Positions 38,090-47,546 of a DNA stretch of 64,000 bases are shown here, piece after piece. Position 1 is the stretch's first letter, and the number at the start of each line of letters is the position of its first letter. A model generated the notes under the pieces. That model saw only the letters and a list, made by a program, of their open reading frames with translations, did no database searches and was not told the origin of the DNA. Position numbers and translations under genes: made by a program. This DNA is from Hoeflea sp. (GTDB lineage: Bacteria; Pseudomonadota; Alphaproteobacteria; Rhizobiales; Rhizobiaceae): assembly GCF_040216675.1 (NCBI RefSeq), contig NZ_JAVJOR010000005.1, one strand, 5' to 3'.

Positions 38090-38863
38090 TCATGCAGCAT
38101 CCATCCCGGCACCCGCGGCCAGGGCAAAGATCGCCCAATCGTTCAGGATATGCGTACCCGTGGAGGCCCAGATGTTGCGCGTGATGATGAAGGGCATCAG
38201 CAGGATGATCCGGACAGGCACAAGTCCGATAAACGCCTGCGCCACGTTCCACTGGTAGGTCGGCAAGTGAATTGCCGCAAAGGGAATGGCGGCGACCAGC
38301 GCGGCAAGACAGACTGCCAGCTTGCGCGACACGAAACGGTCCAGCAGCGTCAGAACAGCCAGAAATGGAAGGATGGTGAAGATCTCTTCACCGAGCAACT
38401 GCACGGCACTCCAGGCGAAGATCAGAACAGTTTCCGGGGCCGAGGCCGAAGCAACCATGTCGCCGATCGGATTGCTCACAGTATGGAAATATTTGACCAA
38501 CAGGTTTCCCACGGTGATCGTCACGACAGCGTTCAAGACGAAAAATGCGATCATCAAGCCAAAGTCGCGCGCCGTTGGTGTTCGGAAGAGAGCCAGCGGA
38601 GCCCTTGACCCCGCAACGATTGCCAGTGCGCCCAGCGGGATCAAAACCAACAGAAACGGCGGGATGAATCCTGCCAATCCGCTGTGAAGCCGCAACTGTG
38701 TCGAGGTGAAGACCCAGTAGGCAGCGGCGACAGCAACAAGGACGATTATCCAACCGACCGGGCTGAGGCCGACCGGTACGCCACGGTAGTAAGGAAAATC
38801 AGTATTGGCCCGCTCGAAAAAGAATAATTCGGCACTGCGGGCCTTGTTGTCGTTCTGTGGCAT
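38090..38863 (-). CDS. CPBP/CAAX (Abi-family) intramembrane metalloprotease
   Basis: GEEIF, FAAIH, THILND motifs; multiple TM segments. Confidence 0.85.
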   Translation of the reverse strand: MPQNDNKARSAELFFFERANTDFPYYRGVPVGLSPVGWIIVLVAVAAAYWVFTSTQLRLHSGLAGFIPPFLLVLIPLGALAIVAGSRAPLALFRTPTARDFGLMIAFFVLNAVVTITVGNLLVKYFHTVSNPIGDMVASASAPETVLIFAWSAVQLLGEEIFTILPFLAVLTLLDRFVSRKLAVCLAALVAAIPFAAIHLPTYQWNVAQAFIGLVPVRIILLMPFIITRNIWASTGTHILNDWAIFALAAGAGMDAA

Positions 38864-38968
38864 GCCTGCGACCTCGATGGTTCTGGAAGCAACCCGAATG
38901 CTCCGGGCTCGTTTTTACAACAAGTATGGCCGGCACGATCCGAGACTATCCAGCATCCTGGATGCGGG

Positions 38969-39952
38969 CTATCCGTTCTGCGTTGGCGCTATCCGGATTG
39001 CGGACGAGGCCCTGCGTGCGCGGGCAAGCGTTGCTGATGGGGGCTCCCCGTAAGTTGACCGGTAAGTCGTTGCAAAACGACCCAGGTGCGAAAAGCCGCA
39101 GCCCAGCGCGACGCTGGTAACCGACGCTGTGCCACCCGATAGCAGTTGTGCTCGCGCATTTTCCAGCCGGTGCGCGGTGAGGCGCTCCCACGGTGTCTGC
39201 CCCAAGGTCATCCGGAACGCGTCCTGCAACTGGCGGACTGAGACGCCAACGGCTCTGGCAATGATGGGTACAGTTAGCGGTTCGCTCGAATGGGCATTCA
39301 TGTAATCGATCGCGCTTCCGACAAGCCCATGCTGTGAACTTCGCATCGGCAGGGTGTCGGTAGCTACCGCAAAAAGGCACCGGATATGTTCAAGCACCAG
39401 GGCCGCAAAAAGATCGGATGCCGGCCTATGGACCAGGGTCGGCGCAGAAGACTTGAGGTCAGCAAAGAGATAATCCATCAGCCCGCGAACGCCTGCCAAG
39501 GCCGTCGAGGCTATGGGAACGACAGGGCTCTCGCCAAGCTTGGGAAGAACCCCCTTTGTTTGATGTTTCTTCAGGGAGATTTTGGCCAGATTGGCCCTGA
39601 AGTCGCGGTGTGCGAGCCTGTCCACACGTGTCCATCTTTCAGATGGGCCGAGCGCGAGAGCGGTTCCTTCACCGATAACCTGCTCCCGGCGATCCATGCG
39701 CACCCTGGCAACGCCCCTGGTTGGCAGCATGACAGTTAGAAAAGCATCGTCGGCCAGGTCGATTTCATGGCCTGAGGAGACCACGCTCAAGAGACTGACG
39801 CCAATCACCGGAAACTGCGCGGATGCTACACGCAAGCAGCGGTTTCTGTCCCGCGTCATGTTGAACTGATCGGGTGCGCTGAACAGCAATGATCTGTAAT
39901 CGGAGCTGCGGCTCTCGTTTTCATCCCAGTGCTTTGAAGCGTAGTTCAGCAT
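38969..39952 (-). CDS. AraC-family transcriptional regulator
   Basis: C-terminal IARAVGVSVRQLQDAFR..VALGCGFSHLGRFATTYRSTYGEPPS; start moved to MLNYA. Confidence 0.9.
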   Translation of the reverse strand: MLNYASKHWDENESRSSDYRSLLFSAPDQFNMTRDRNRCLRVASAQFPVIGVSLLSVVSSGHEIDLADDAFLTVMLPTRGVARVRMDRREQVIGEGTALALGPSERWTRVDRLAHRDFRANLAKISLKKHQTKGVLPKLGESPVVPIASTALAGVRGLMDYLFADLKSSAPTLVHRPASDLFAALVLEHIRCLFAVATDTLPMRSSQHGLVGSAIDYMNAHSSEPLTVPIIARAVGVSVRQLQDAFRMTLGQTPWERLTAHRLENARAQLLSGGTASVTSVALGCGFSHLGRFATTYRSTYGEPPSATLARARRASSAIRIAPTQNG

Positions 39953-40271
39953 GGTCGCGCCGCCAGATTCTGCTTTCTCTAATTTAACGATAACAGAGAC
40001 AGCAGATTTGTTGTAGCTGCTCCGACAGCGAGATTGATGCTGATGTTTCAATCCTGCCGGTACTTGTCCGCAGATCGTCAGACTGGAACCGCTTTGACAG
40101 TCGGCAGATAAAATGAACGCAAATTGCCGGTGCCTTGTTTTCGAAGTGAAGTATCGGGTCAAAGCGGTGTGCAGACGGCCAACATTCAGGCTCCGCTTGC
40201 TATGAAACCTTTTGTGCGATCAAAAAGCGCTGTCGGAGGAGCATCGATCATTCATGGGTGGCGGCTTGAAC

Positions 40272-40604
40272 ATGGCAAGAATACTGGGCGCGATCACCGC
40301 CATTGCGGCGTGGACCAGCTTCGCCATAGCGTTGCTTATTTCCGGCAGCGGTGTCTGGACTATGAAAAGCCCGACCATGATCGTCAGCTCTTTGGTTGGT
40401 GCTGTTTTTCTCCTTGTTGGTCTGGTACTGCACAAGATAGGCCATGCCTATCGACCCCTTTACCTGGAACTCGACGGCTCTCCTGAAGTAATGCGCCTGG
40501 GGCGATGGCTTTACATTGGATGCGCCATCCTCCTTTTCGCACTCGTGTTCATCCTCCTTGGCGTCTTGTTCCGCCTGTCGGAGGGGTACGCGGTTTTCGG
40601 ATAG
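40272..40604 (+). CDS. Small three-TM membrane protein
   Basis: Three hydrophobic segments; start uncertain (40254 or 40272). Confidence 0.5.
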   Translation: MARILGAITAIAAWTSFAIALLISGSGVWTMKSPTMIVSSLVGAVFLLVGLVLHKIGHAYRPLYLELDGSPEVMRLGRWLYIGCAILLFALVFILLGVLFRLSEGYAVFG

Positions 40605-40686
40605 CACTGTTCAGGGTGACCGTTGCGACTTGCCTTCGAACTCCTTCGCAATCCGACAAACAGCAGCAATCGTCCTATGCGCTCCC

Positions 40687-41685
40687 TTATGAATTCCGCA
40701 TGATCACGAAATCAGTCGAAGAGCGGGTTTCTGGATGGGCGGGAAGATCGGTCAGCATCATGGTCGCGCCCGGATGCAGGTTGCGGGCAATCTGGCCGTA
40801 GACATCCGGCGGGATCACCAGCCGTGCCGTCACTGCGATTTCGCGCTGCACATCCACCGCCGCCTCATCGCCGGTTCCAAGGCCGATCGCTATCCAGTCA
40901 TAGACATGGGTTGCCGGATTCATCCCCTTGAGCAGGTATACGTGCGTGCCAAGCGGCAGACGCCGGTGCTCTATGCCGATACCGGCACTGATAAATTCCT
41001 TGCCGTTCTTGAGCGCGATCAACCGGCGGTCGGCGCTGCTGACGATTATGGCAAAGGCTTCGTCCCGTTCACCATCCTTGTCCCGAGGCAGGTTCTTGCC
41101 GGCAACGTTGCCCGTCATGGTTTCCACCGCCTGAAGGTCTGAGTTGGCCAGCACCAGCCCGGCATGACTGAGACTGCCGATTCCCGAGCGTGAATTGGTG
41201 ACGATGACCGGGGTGCCGTTGTGGGTCACACCGAAGAGCAGATCGGCAAAGGCTTTGGGAAGATGCACGCAGCCATGGGAACTGGGATAGCCCGGCAGCC
41301 CTCCGGCATGCAACGCGCAGCCGCCGAAGAAGAACTGACTGTCGGGCATGGCTGCGTTGTTGTAGGCTTTGGAATGATGCAGTTTTTCCTTTCGAAGCAC
41401 TGAAAACACGCCGGTCGGTGTCTCATAGCCCTTTCGCCCCGTCGACACCGTCGACACCCCGATTCGGATGCCGTTTCGGTAGACAAAGGCAAGCTGGTCA
41501 GCCAGCGACACCAGCACCGCCACCGGGCCGCCCGGTGCCCGCTCCGGATACCAGGACCACTCCCCTGGCTTGAGATCTGTGACGGGCTTCTCGGTTTGTG
41601 CGGAGCTGCCGCCATTGGCAGCGATGAGTGCTGCCACACCGCCGGTGGCAAGAAAGCCTCTGCGGGTTATCTTTCCCTTTTTCAT
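40687..41685 (-). CDS. Tat-exported L,D-transpeptidase (YkuD family)
   Basis: Twin-arginine TRRGFL; HAGGLPGYPSSHGCVHL catalytic motif; GGAG RBS before MKKGK. Confidence 0.9.
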   Translation of the reverse strand: MKKGKITRRGFLATGGVAALIAANGGSSAQTEKPVTDLKPGEWSWYPERAPGGPVAVLVSLADQLAFVYRNGIRIGVSTVSTGRKGYETPTGVFSVLRKEKLHHSKAYNNAAMPDSQFFFGGCALHAGGLPGYPSSHGCVHLPKAFADLLFGVTHNGTPVIVTNSRSGIGSLSHAGLVLANSDLQAVETMTGNVAGKNLPRDKDGERDEAFAIIVSSADRRLIALKNGKEFISAGIGIEHRRLPLGTHVYLLKGMNPATHVYDWIAIGLGTGDEAAVDVQREIAVTARLVIPPDVYGQIARNLHPGATMMLTDLPAHPETRSSTDFVIMRNS

Positions 41686-42068
41686 GCTCCTGCGCTCCTG
41701 TCCTTTAAAGTGACCGGCCCCCACCACGCCACTTCGAACGGCCTAGCCTGCCCACAGAATAATACTCATTTCCAGCTCAGAGCGAACCCTCGTTACTCAG
41801 AGATGTGATCGCCGTTGTGCTTCTGTCAGAATAGCAGATGTGGCTCCATCGTGCACGTTGCGGCCCGTTGATGGGCAACCGGTGTGCTATCCGGCCCCTG
41901 TTTGGCCACGCCGTGATCGAGCACACGGTCAGCAGTTTGAATTCGGCCTGTCTCTCATCCATACTCAGTTTCACAAAGGCCTCTCGAAGAAGCTGCCAGG
42001 ACGTGTTTTGAACGATTTGGCTGTCTCCCGCAGGGCTAGGCCACGAGTGGAGCGGGGAACCGTGTGCA

Positions 42069-44510
42069 ATGGAATCTGAGACGGGGAACCGAGCAAAATC
42101 ATGGGTTTCAGCGGCACTGATGATCCTGGCGTTGATGCTGCCTTTGCTCGCCGGTGCACCCACCGAAAGCCTTGCTCAAGAGAGCCCGGAAACAGACAGC
42201 AATTTGGAAGTCGTCGATCCTGCTGATCAATGGAACGAGACTGCGGCACGTGCACTGGAGGCTCTGCGCAGCGGGAAAGCCTCCAGCTCCGCCTTTGAAG
42301 TGTTGCGGCAGAAACTGGCTGACGAGCGTGACCAGGCCTTGGCTATTGCCGAAAGCGGCAGCATTTTATCCAAATCGGTTCAGGCACAGATTGACGCGCT
42401 CGGTGCTGCACCGGACGGTGACGGCAGCGAACGCGCGGACATCGCTGCCCGCCGTGCCGAGCTCAATGCATCCCTTGCGGTTGCCGATGCACCTGTAATT
42501 GCGGCCCGGGAGGCCTTTAACCGCGCAAATGTTCTGATCAGCGAAATTGATAGCGTCATCAGGGCGCGTGAGAGCGTCGAGCTTACCACTCTGCTGCCCA
42601 CGCCGATCAACCCATTTAACTGGGCCGGCGCCTTTGCTGAAATGCAGGACTATTTGGGACGCGTGCTGGTCGAATTCGAAAAAAGCATTGCCAACCCGTC
42701 CAAGGCAACCCCTCTCAAAATCCGCCTGATCGCTGCCGGTCTCCTGCTGGTGCTGTCACTTGCGGTGGTGTTCATCATCCTGCCCGTCACTCTCCGCTCG
42801 ATGAATGCCAGGGCCAGACGTGTCGACGCCAAGACAACACATTCAGGTTGGGGATTGCTGGCGGTGCTTGCGCGGCTGGTGCTTGCTTCGCTGGCAGGCA
42901 TCCTCGCCTATTCGGCCTTCAGCACACTGGACATTTCCTCCACCGCCGCGCGCTCACTGATCCGGGTGGTGCCGGCCATCGGGGCATTTCTGGTCGTCAG
43001 CTACTGGCTTGGCTACGTCATCTTTGCTCCGGATGCGCCCGAGCGCCGGCTTATGAAACTGCCGGATCATCAGGCCCGTACGGGCTTCTGGATCGTCATG
43101 GGCGTCGGATTGGTTCTCGTCGTCGAACTCGCCATTGAAGCATCGGAGAAGGACATGACCTTTCTTCCGGGCACTCATGCCGTGGCCAGTGTGTTTGCGC
43201 TGCTGCCAGGTGCGTTCCTGCTGTGGGTATTCGGCTCGATGGCACAACGTTCCACCAAGGCGCAGACTGAGAGCGACAGCATCGAGGACCCAAGCTACAC
43301 AGCAGCGCTGGTGCAGTTGCTGGCGCGGACACTGCAGGTGTTGGCCATAGCCATTGTGGTGCTGACGCTCTCCGGCTTTACCGCGCTGGCGCGGTTCGTG
43401 CTTTCGGGCTGTGCGCTGTCGCTGGGCGTCATCGGCATTCTGCTGGCCACCGACAAACTGATTGTTTCCGCGCTGGGACTGGCCGCGGGCGTATCCGGAC
43501 GGGAACATGACGAAACTCGCCAGAGTTTCCTGTCCATTGCCATCGGTCTGACGATGAGCATCGCCGCGTTGCCGGTGATCGCACTCATCTGGGGTGCCCG
43601 TCCGGCCGACATTTCCGAGTTTTGGCGTTTGATGACCGAAGGAGTGGTTGTCGGCGGAACCCGATTGTCAGCCACCGTCGTGCTTGTCTTCGCCTTCACA
43701 CTTCTTGCCGGACTGGTGGCGTCGCGCTGGCTGCAACGGTTCCTCGGATCCGCGGTGTTGCCGCGCACCCATCTCGACAGCGGCGCGCAATCCGCATTGC
43801 GGACCGGGATTGGCTATCTCGGAGCCACTGTGTCGTTGATGCTGGCCGTTGGCTTTGCCGGTATCGATCTGTCCAGCCTTGCCATCGTCTTCGGCGCGCT
43901 CTCCGTCGGGCTCGGCTTCGGCCTTCAGGCCGTCGTCTCGAACTTCATCTGCGGCATCATTTTGCTGATAGAACGTCCTTTCAAGGAAGGCGACTGGATC
44001 GAGGTTTCAGGCTACAGCGGCATCGTCCGCAAGATCTCTGTACGCTTTACCCGCCTGGAAACCTTCGATCGCGACGATGTCATCGTGCCCAATACGGATC
44101 TGATCACCGGAACGGTAAAGAACATGACACTGAGCACGATCACCGGGCGCGTGATCGTCCCTGTCGGCATCGCCTATGGAAGCGACATAGAGAAGGCGGA
44201 AAGTATATTCGTCGACATCATGTCGGCACATCCGGATGTCCTGCGAGAACCGGCGCCTGCCGTCTTGTTCAGGGGGTTGGGCGACAGCGCTCTCGATTTC
44301 GAGCTTCGCTGCTTCATTTCCAATGTCGGGCTGGGGCTGACTGTCCGGTCCGATCTGCTCGCCGGCGTCTACCGGGAACTGGACAAAGCCGGCATCGAGA
44401 TACCATTCCCGCAGCGCGATCTGCACATCAGGACATCCTCTGGTCCAACGGATCTGTCAGCGCAGAATCCCTCTGAAGCGGAGCCGACAACCTCTCCGCA
44501 ACCAGGGTGA
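42069..44510 (+). CDS. Large MscS-family mechanosensitive channel with periplasmic coiled-coil (DUF3772-like)
   Basis: GALSVGLGFGLQAVVSNFICG, LIERPFKEGDWI, IEIPFPQRDLHI. Confidence 0.9.
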   Translation: MESETGNRAKSWVSAALMILALMLPLLAGAPTESLAQESPETDSNLEVVDPADQWNETAARALEALRSGKASSSAFEVLRQKLADERDQALAIAESGSILSKSVQAQIDALGAAPDGDGSERADIAARRAELNASLAVADAPVIAAREAFNRANVLISEIDSVIRARESVELTTLLPTPINPFNWAGAFAEMQDYLGRVLVEFEKSIANPSKATPLKIRLIAAGLLLVLSLAVVFIILPVTLRSMNARARRVDAKTTHSGWGLLAVLARLVLASLAGILAYSAFSTLDISSTAARSLIRVVPAIGAFLVVSYWLGYVIFAPDAPERRLMKLPDHQARTGFWIVMGVGLVLVVELAIEASEKDMTFLPGTHAVASVFALLPGAFLLWVFGSMAQRSTKAQTESDSIEDPSYTAALVQLLARTLQVLAIAIVVLTLSGFTALARFVLSGCALSLGVIGILLATDKLIVSALGLAAGVSGREHDETRQSFLSIAIGLTMSIAALPVIALIWGARPADISEFWRLMTEGVVVGGTRLSATVVLVFAFTLLAGLVASRWLQRFLGSAVLPRTHLDSGAQSALRTGIGYLGATVSLMLAVGFAGIDLSSLAIVFGALSVGLGFGLQAVVSNFICGIILLIERPFKEGDWIEVSGYSGIVRKISVRFTRLETFDRDDVIVPNTDLITGTVKNMTLSTITGRVIVPVGIAYGSDIEKAESIFVDIMSAHPDVLREPAPAVLFRGLGDSALDFELRCFISNVGLGLTVRSDLLAGVYRELDKAGIEIPFPQRDLHIRTSSGPTDLSAQNPSEAEPTTSPQPG

Positions 44511-44578
44511 TTTCGTGCTCAACTCATCCCCATCAGGCCGGACCAATGGACGTGCTCAGGTGGCGCGGTGGCCCTTGA

Positions 44579-45100
44579 TTGTTTCTGCTGATTGCCGGTC
44601 TCCTGGCGCTTCACTTGGCGATTGCCACGAACGCGAGCCTCTTGAGGCGGCGTGCCGCAATCGCAATTGCCTGTCTGGCGGCATTGCCTCTCACATTAGG
44701 GCCAGTCGTTCCGATTGCCCATTTCATTCTTGAGGCCATACGCAGGCCACTTCTTTGGAGTGCGCAGACTTTCGCCGCTCTGCTTGTGCTTGCACTCGTG
44801 TCGCATCTGGCCATTGCAATGGAAGACGGGTACCAGTTGGTATCTTGGGTTCCCTTCTTTGGTAACCAGTTTAATCAAACCTTATTGCTGAAATCGCCAA
44901 TCTGGCTGTCAGACGATGAGCTAGGCCAGCCAACGCCAGGGCTGTGGGACGAACCAACCCATATCGGGAATTGGTTGGCAGCAGCAGCGGAGTGCGTCCT
45001 TCTCGCCTTTTCAGCATGGTCCATCCAGGAATTGATTGTGGTTTATTGCGGCTATCCGGTTCTCAATGCGGCCTTGGCACACGCGACGCTCAGCCGATAG
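44579..45100 (+). CDS. Hypothetical membrane protein
   Basis: Several hydrophobic segments; start uncertain. Confidence 0.45.
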   Translation: MFLLIAGLLALHLAIATNASLLRRRAAIAIACLAALPLTLGPVVPIAHFILEAIRRPLLWSAQTFAALLVLALVSHLAIAMEDGYQLVSWVPFFGNQFNQTLLLKSPIWLSDDELGQPTPGLWDEPTHIGNWLAAAAECVLLAFSAWSIQELIVVYCGYPVLNAALAHATLSR

Positions 45101-45203
45101 TGTTTCTGTTGCCAGACCGCTGCACTCTATGGGGTACCCGACCTCGGACTAAACAACATCTGAAACTTCGGACATCCGCGAACCTTTGCCGCAAAGAGAA
45201 TGG

Positions 45204-45310
45204 AAGTCTGCAATCGGCCTGACGCGACGTCGACAGTCAAAGGCGAATGTCTGTTTAACCGGCTTCGTTCCCACAAGCTGCCAGTCCGCTCCCGGCCCCA
45301 TTCCAGACGT
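45204..45310 (+). repeat. Cluster E of degenerate repeat units, just downstream of the second tyrosine recombinase
   Basis: aagctgccagtccgctcccggcccca (45275-45300) followed by ttccagacgt; matches cluster D. Confidence 0.75.
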
Positions 45311-45366
45311 TAAGTAAGATCAGCTTTAGCTGGCCGCACGTGCCCTAAGGGGATCATTCCTGCCCT

Positions 45367-46989
45367 TCACCTGACCGAATTCCGCTCATAGATACCCTTA
45401 GCCCGCTCATAATCGGGATCAGCTGAATTAATCTCTCTGCGCTCGAAAGCCAGGTAGAGCTCGAGCTCGCTGCGGTTAGAGAGTGCCCGCCGGCAAACCT
45501 CATCCAAGGCCTCCTCGCGATCACTGTCTTGCATTAAGGCATAGTGCTTGTGGGTCGTCTCGGTCGGCGTGTGACCGAGATTGAGCTTAAGAGCGACTTC
45601 TTCGAAGCCCTCCATTTTCCCTCGTTTGGACAGAAACGGATGCAAGACCTTTCGGAAGCCATGTGACGATATCCCTTCCTCCGAGATGCCGGCAGCCTGG
45701 GCGGCATCCTTGATGACCCGCTGGATCGGAGCATCTGATCTCCAGCATTCAGGTGGTTCGGTTTCTGCCGAACGGTAGCCGAGGCCAATCGCGTTCGGTT
45801 GCATGTATCGATCCGGGAGAAAAAACGGCGCATCCGCGACAAATCCATTCTCCTCGCGCCACCTGGCCCAGTCCCTGATCGCATCGAGAAGCCCGGAGCC
45901 AAGATCAAGGCAGTAGGTCCGGATGTGCTTGCTGAACTTGGTTCTCACCTCACGCGGATCCTGATTGATCCATCTGGTGTGCATGTTCACATGCTTGCCG
46001 CGGAGTGTGATCAGGGCGCTCACGCGCATGCCTGTGGTGATGAACATGGCGATAATGGCACGGTTCCGAAGTTCGATTGGGTTCGACTTGGGCATGGCCG
46101 AGAAGATACATAGCGCCTGGTCAAAGGTAAGTCGTGTCTCTTTGACACTGCTCGATTCTGCTGACCGCTCCTTGTGGGAGAGTCTGAAGTACCCGGGGAA
46201 GTCGGGATCCATAACGATCCCCGGCCGACGCTGAAACCATGTGAAGAACGTACCGCAGCGATCAAGAGTGTGTCCGAGAGTTGACCAGCTTAGCCCCATG
46301 TCACCTTCCAGTGCGCGTCTTCTGCGCAGCTCCTCCTTGAAGTTGCGGGCATCCGCGATCCTGGTCTGCTCGAACGGCTTGTGACCAAGGAAAGCGGTCA
46401 TCCGGGCAAGAGCACGCAGGTGCTCATCAACCGTTCTCGGGTCGAATTCCCGGTTGCTTTCAAGGAAGACACGGTAGTCGTAAAGCCACCGAAGATTGCC
46501 GTTGTGGGTTTCAGGCGGAATCGAAGCCCCGTTTCTCCATGTTTCCCCAGAGACACCATCATCACTTTCGTCGGATGAGTGTCCGGGGATGTTGAGGGCA
46601 GAGGCAAAGATTTCGGGCACTTCGTCAGGTGGTATGTCAGCTTGTAGCATGTTGTGGCAATCCGTGCACATGCCTGTCACCGAGAGGCAGTCGGTGTCAG
46701 CCACAGAAGTTTTGATGGTACCGGTGATCACAGGCTTGAAGCCCAGGCAGACAGGACAGTGAATGCGGCCATCCTTATGTGGGCGGCCATCGGGCCAGCG
46801 GATCCCAGTGATGAACCGGCGCACCTTGTATCCCGCAAAGAGCTGCGGCCGTTTGTTGTCAACCGGCTCCAGCCCGGCACGTATCCAGTTCAGGACCGTG
46901 CTGTCGCTTACACTGTACATCTCCTTGAGATCGTCACGGGAATAGACCCAGTGCCTGCGTGCTTTGGTGGGATCGTATTTGCGCGGCAT
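45367..46989 (-). CDS. Tyrosine recombinase with N-terminal excisionase-like HTH and Cys4 zinc-binding domain
   Basis: HTH YSRDDLKEMYSVSDSTVLNWIRAGL; CPVC..CTDC; catalytic TGMRVSAL, SHGFRK, LGH, HYA. Confidence 0.8.
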   Translation of the reverse strand: MPRKYDPTKARRHWVYSRDDLKEMYSVSDSTVLNWIRAGLEPVDNKRPQLFAGYKVRRFITGIRWPDGRPHKDGRIHCPVCLGFKPVITGTIKTSVADTDCLSVTGMCTDCHNMLQADIPPDEVPEIFASALNIPGHSSDESDDGVSGETWRNGASIPPETHNGNLRWLYDYRVFLESNREFDPRTVDEHLRALARMTAFLGHKPFEQTRIADARNFKEELRRRRALEGDMGLSWSTLGHTLDRCGTFFTWFQRRPGIVMDPDFPGYFRLSHKERSAESSSVKETRLTFDQALCIFSAMPKSNPIELRNRAIIAMFITTGMRVSALITLRGKHVNMHTRWINQDPREVRTKFSKHIRTYCLDLGSGLLDAIRDWARWREENGFVADAPFFLPDRYMQPNAIGLGYRSAETEPPECWRSDAPIQRVIKDAAQAAGISEEGISSHGFRKVLHPFLSKRGKMEGFEEVALKLNLGHTPTETTHKHYALMQDSDREEALDEVCRRALSNRSELELYLAFERREINSADPDYERAKGIYERNSVR

Positions 46990-46991
46990 GA

Positions 46992-47546
46992 TCAGCGACC
47001 ATTGGGCCTTCGCGCCTTGCAGACATCAACATAGCAATCGATCTCCGCCGGATCCCAGCGCGTTGAACCGCCAATCTTGATCGGCTGCGGGAAATCCGGA
47101 TCGTTGTTCTTCAGTCGCCATACGGCAGTGACGCTGGTGTTTAGCCGAACGGCGACGTCACCGACGCACATAAGCGGCCTAGGAATGACTGGGGCTGTTG
47201 GCTTCTGATGGTTATCTGCTGTTGAAGGTGTGGCTTCAACGGGCTCTAGGTCCGCATCAACTTGCTGGCGTTGAATTTCAGGCGACAAGGGTCCTGTTCT
47301 TGTAGGCTCTTTCTTCTGGCCGGGACCCGTCGGCGGATTGGACCGCGAGGACTGGGGGTGCTCAATAGGCCGTGGCGACCTGCCAGTCTCACGGGCCTGG
47401 CTCGCTTCCGCGTATGGGTTAGTGTGATTTTCTTCGGCATGCGGGACGGTCGGGGAGGAGCTTTCATGGAAAGTCAAATCATCAGGTGTTCTGGCATTGC
47501 ATTCACATGACGTTTCGCCACTGTGCCTATGGGAAGGCTTTCTCAT
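46992..47546 (-). CDS. AlpA-family regulator/excisionase with long N-terminal extension
   Basis: C-terminal LMCVGDVAVRLNTSVTAVWRL..FPQPIKIGGSTRW. Confidence 0.75.
   Translation of the reverse strand: MRKPSHRHSGETSCECNARTPDDLTFHESSSPTVPHAEENHTNPYAEASQARETGRSPRPIEHPQSSRSNPPTGPGQKKEPTRTGPLSPEIQRQQVDADLEPVEATPSTADNHQKPTAPVIPRPLMCVGDVAVRLNTSVTAVWRLKNNDPDFPQPIKIGGSTRWDPAEIDCYVDVCKARRPNGR

Noticed and set aside
39953-40162. N-terminal extension of the AraC ORF; likewise upstream extensions of the porin, OmpA, dapA and hydrolase ORFs
   Set aside because: Downstream ATGs match typical family starts, most with clear RBS
21748-45310. Repeat clusters A-E as a CRISPR array or canonical integron attC sites
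   Set aside because: Spacing is kilobases and irregular, there are no cas genes, and I could not identify canonical attC R/L boxes; kept only as an integron-analogous hypothesis
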